This document shows, in pieces, positions 62,491 to 64,000 of a stretch of DNA of 64,000 bases. Position 1 is the first letter of the stretch. Each line of letters opens with the position of its first letter. The notes beneath the pieces are model-generated. The model did no database searches. It had not been told where the DNA came from and saw only the letters and a program-made list of their open reading frames with translations. Origin of the DNA: Macrostomum lignano (taxonomy: Eukaryota); assembly GCA_002269645.1 (NCBI GenBank), contig NIVC01001661.1, positions 190,131 through 254,130 on the forward strand. Reading direction: 5' to 3'. The position numbers and the translations under genes were made by a program.

Positions 62491-63339
62491 CGCGGGCAGG
62501 CGGTCAGCTACAGAGCCCAAAATCGCCTACAAAAGCATGGCTGCGGTGACAAGAATAAAACGGCCCAAACCGCGCCCGCGTAGTTAGCCTGCGTGACGCG
62601 GATCTATTTTGCGCCTCCTGGAGGGTCCTCCTTCTAGAAGCAGAAGATTGGAAACGAGTGTTTCAATGGCTATTTACGAGATAAAAACAATTTAGGCCAT
62701 CGGCCATCGAATTTCTTCGGCTCCGATTAGCCCCAGGGAATTCTCTAAAAAAATTTCCCCCCAAATTTATGAGCAACCCTATATGGTTTTTATTATTATT
62801 GGCAAGCTCTAAATAGCAGTAGTCTCAACAAGTGATCTTACAGCAAGATCTAAATCGTATACAATAATGATATTATGCCATGATCTAGCTCTTCAAGTCC
62901 ACTGGCCTTGGTGACTCGCGCCCAATGTCGATTTCTATTCGAGCCTTCGGGGGGACTGGCCAAGGGGTTGGGGTGGCCAGTTGACAGAAGGAAGCAAGGG
63001 GTCGCCAACCCTTAGTTTATCTGATAATTGGCATCGGGTTTGCTTGGAGCTTGTCGAACTCCATGGGTGGATTTTGGCGCCGTGCTAAATTAAAGCTGAT
63101 CACCCGACCCAACACCGCCTACCACCGCCACCAGCGCTTCTGTCTGGCCGTGCTGAGTTTTTATGTCTTATTAAGGCGCATTAATATATCAATTCGGGGT
63201 TGCTTGTGTATACGATTATAGCCATAGATTTATAACGTCAACTTGCTGCTTGGAAATTGTTCCCAATTCTTTGTGCGCTGAACGTTCAATGAGGGGAATC
63301 GCTTGTTCATTGCCAGCTGACAACAAAGCTTTGAGCTGT

Positions 63340-63811
63340 CTCTATTGGCCTGTGTCTTAGTGTCTGCCTGTCTGTTAGTGTCTGCCTGTCTGTTAGTGTC
63401 TGCCTGTCTGTTAGTGTCTGCCTGTCTGTTAGTGTCTGCCTGTCTGTTAGTGTCTGCCTGTCTGTTAGTGTCTGCCTGCTGTCTTAGTGTCTGTCTGTCT
63501 GTTAGTGTCTGCCTGTCTGTTAGTGTCTGCCTGTCTGTTAGTGTCTGCCTGTCTTTAGTGTCTGCCTGTCTGTTAGTGTCTGTCTGTCTGTCTGTTAGTG
63601 TCTGTCTGTCTGTCTGTTAGTGTCTGCCTGTCTGTTAGTGTCTGTCTGTCTGTCTGTTAGTGTCTGCCTGTCTGTTAGTGTCTGCCTGTCTGTTAGTGTC
63701 TGCCCTGTCTGTTAGTGTCTGCCTGTCTGTTAGTGTCTGCCTGTCTGTTAGTGTCCGTCTGTCTGTGTGTCTGTCTGTCTGTTTTTTTTGTCTGCCTGTC
63801 TGTCTGTCTGC

Positions 63812-63856
<45 letters not shown>

Positions 63857-63950
63857 TTCTGTCTATCTGTCTGTCTGCGTGTCTGTCTGCCTGTCTGTCT
63901 CTGTCTGTCTCTCTGTCTGTCTGTCTGTTTTTTTTGTCTGCCTGTCTGCA
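63340..63950. repeat. 18-bp minisatellite grading into (GTCT)n
   Basis: Unit GTGTCTGCCTGTCTGTTA. Confidence 0.95.
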
Positions 63951-64000
63951 TGTCGCACCTTTCCAGTCGGCAGCGCCCAGTTGTCAGCAGTTTCAGTTAT

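Overview
Eukaryotic (metazoan, probably invertebrate) nuclear DNA with GC-rich exons, spliceosomal introns and a very high load of micro- and minisatellites. The style resembles free-living flatworm genomes such as Macrostomum, but this is an inference and the taxon cannot be confirmed from the window. 1-17.3 kb: a near-identical tandem segmental duplication (1-5932 vs 9931-~16160) packed with nested non-autonomous elements. These include a hAT MITE, a solo LTR, a Foldback-like element with 37-bp TIRs, two TIR elements with 4-bp and 6-bp TSDs, and Helitron-like 3' ends attached to tandem arrays. 17.7-31.5 kb: an intronless NHL-repeat gene (-), satellites, a decayed Penelope-like RT with a degenerate hammerhead-ribozyme motif, and a divergent rhodopsin-like GPCR gene (+). 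37.9-54.8 kb: three closely spaced co-oriented (+) genes: SUCLG1, an unknown coiled-coil gene, and RPAP2/Rtr1. Almost every intron of these genes holds a different tandem repeat. RPAP2 shows a probable GC-AG intron and single-base frameshifts in homopolymers. 55-64 kb: mostly simple repeats. No CRISPR, rRNA or convincing tRNA was found. Most long ORFs in the track are artefacts of tandem repeats.
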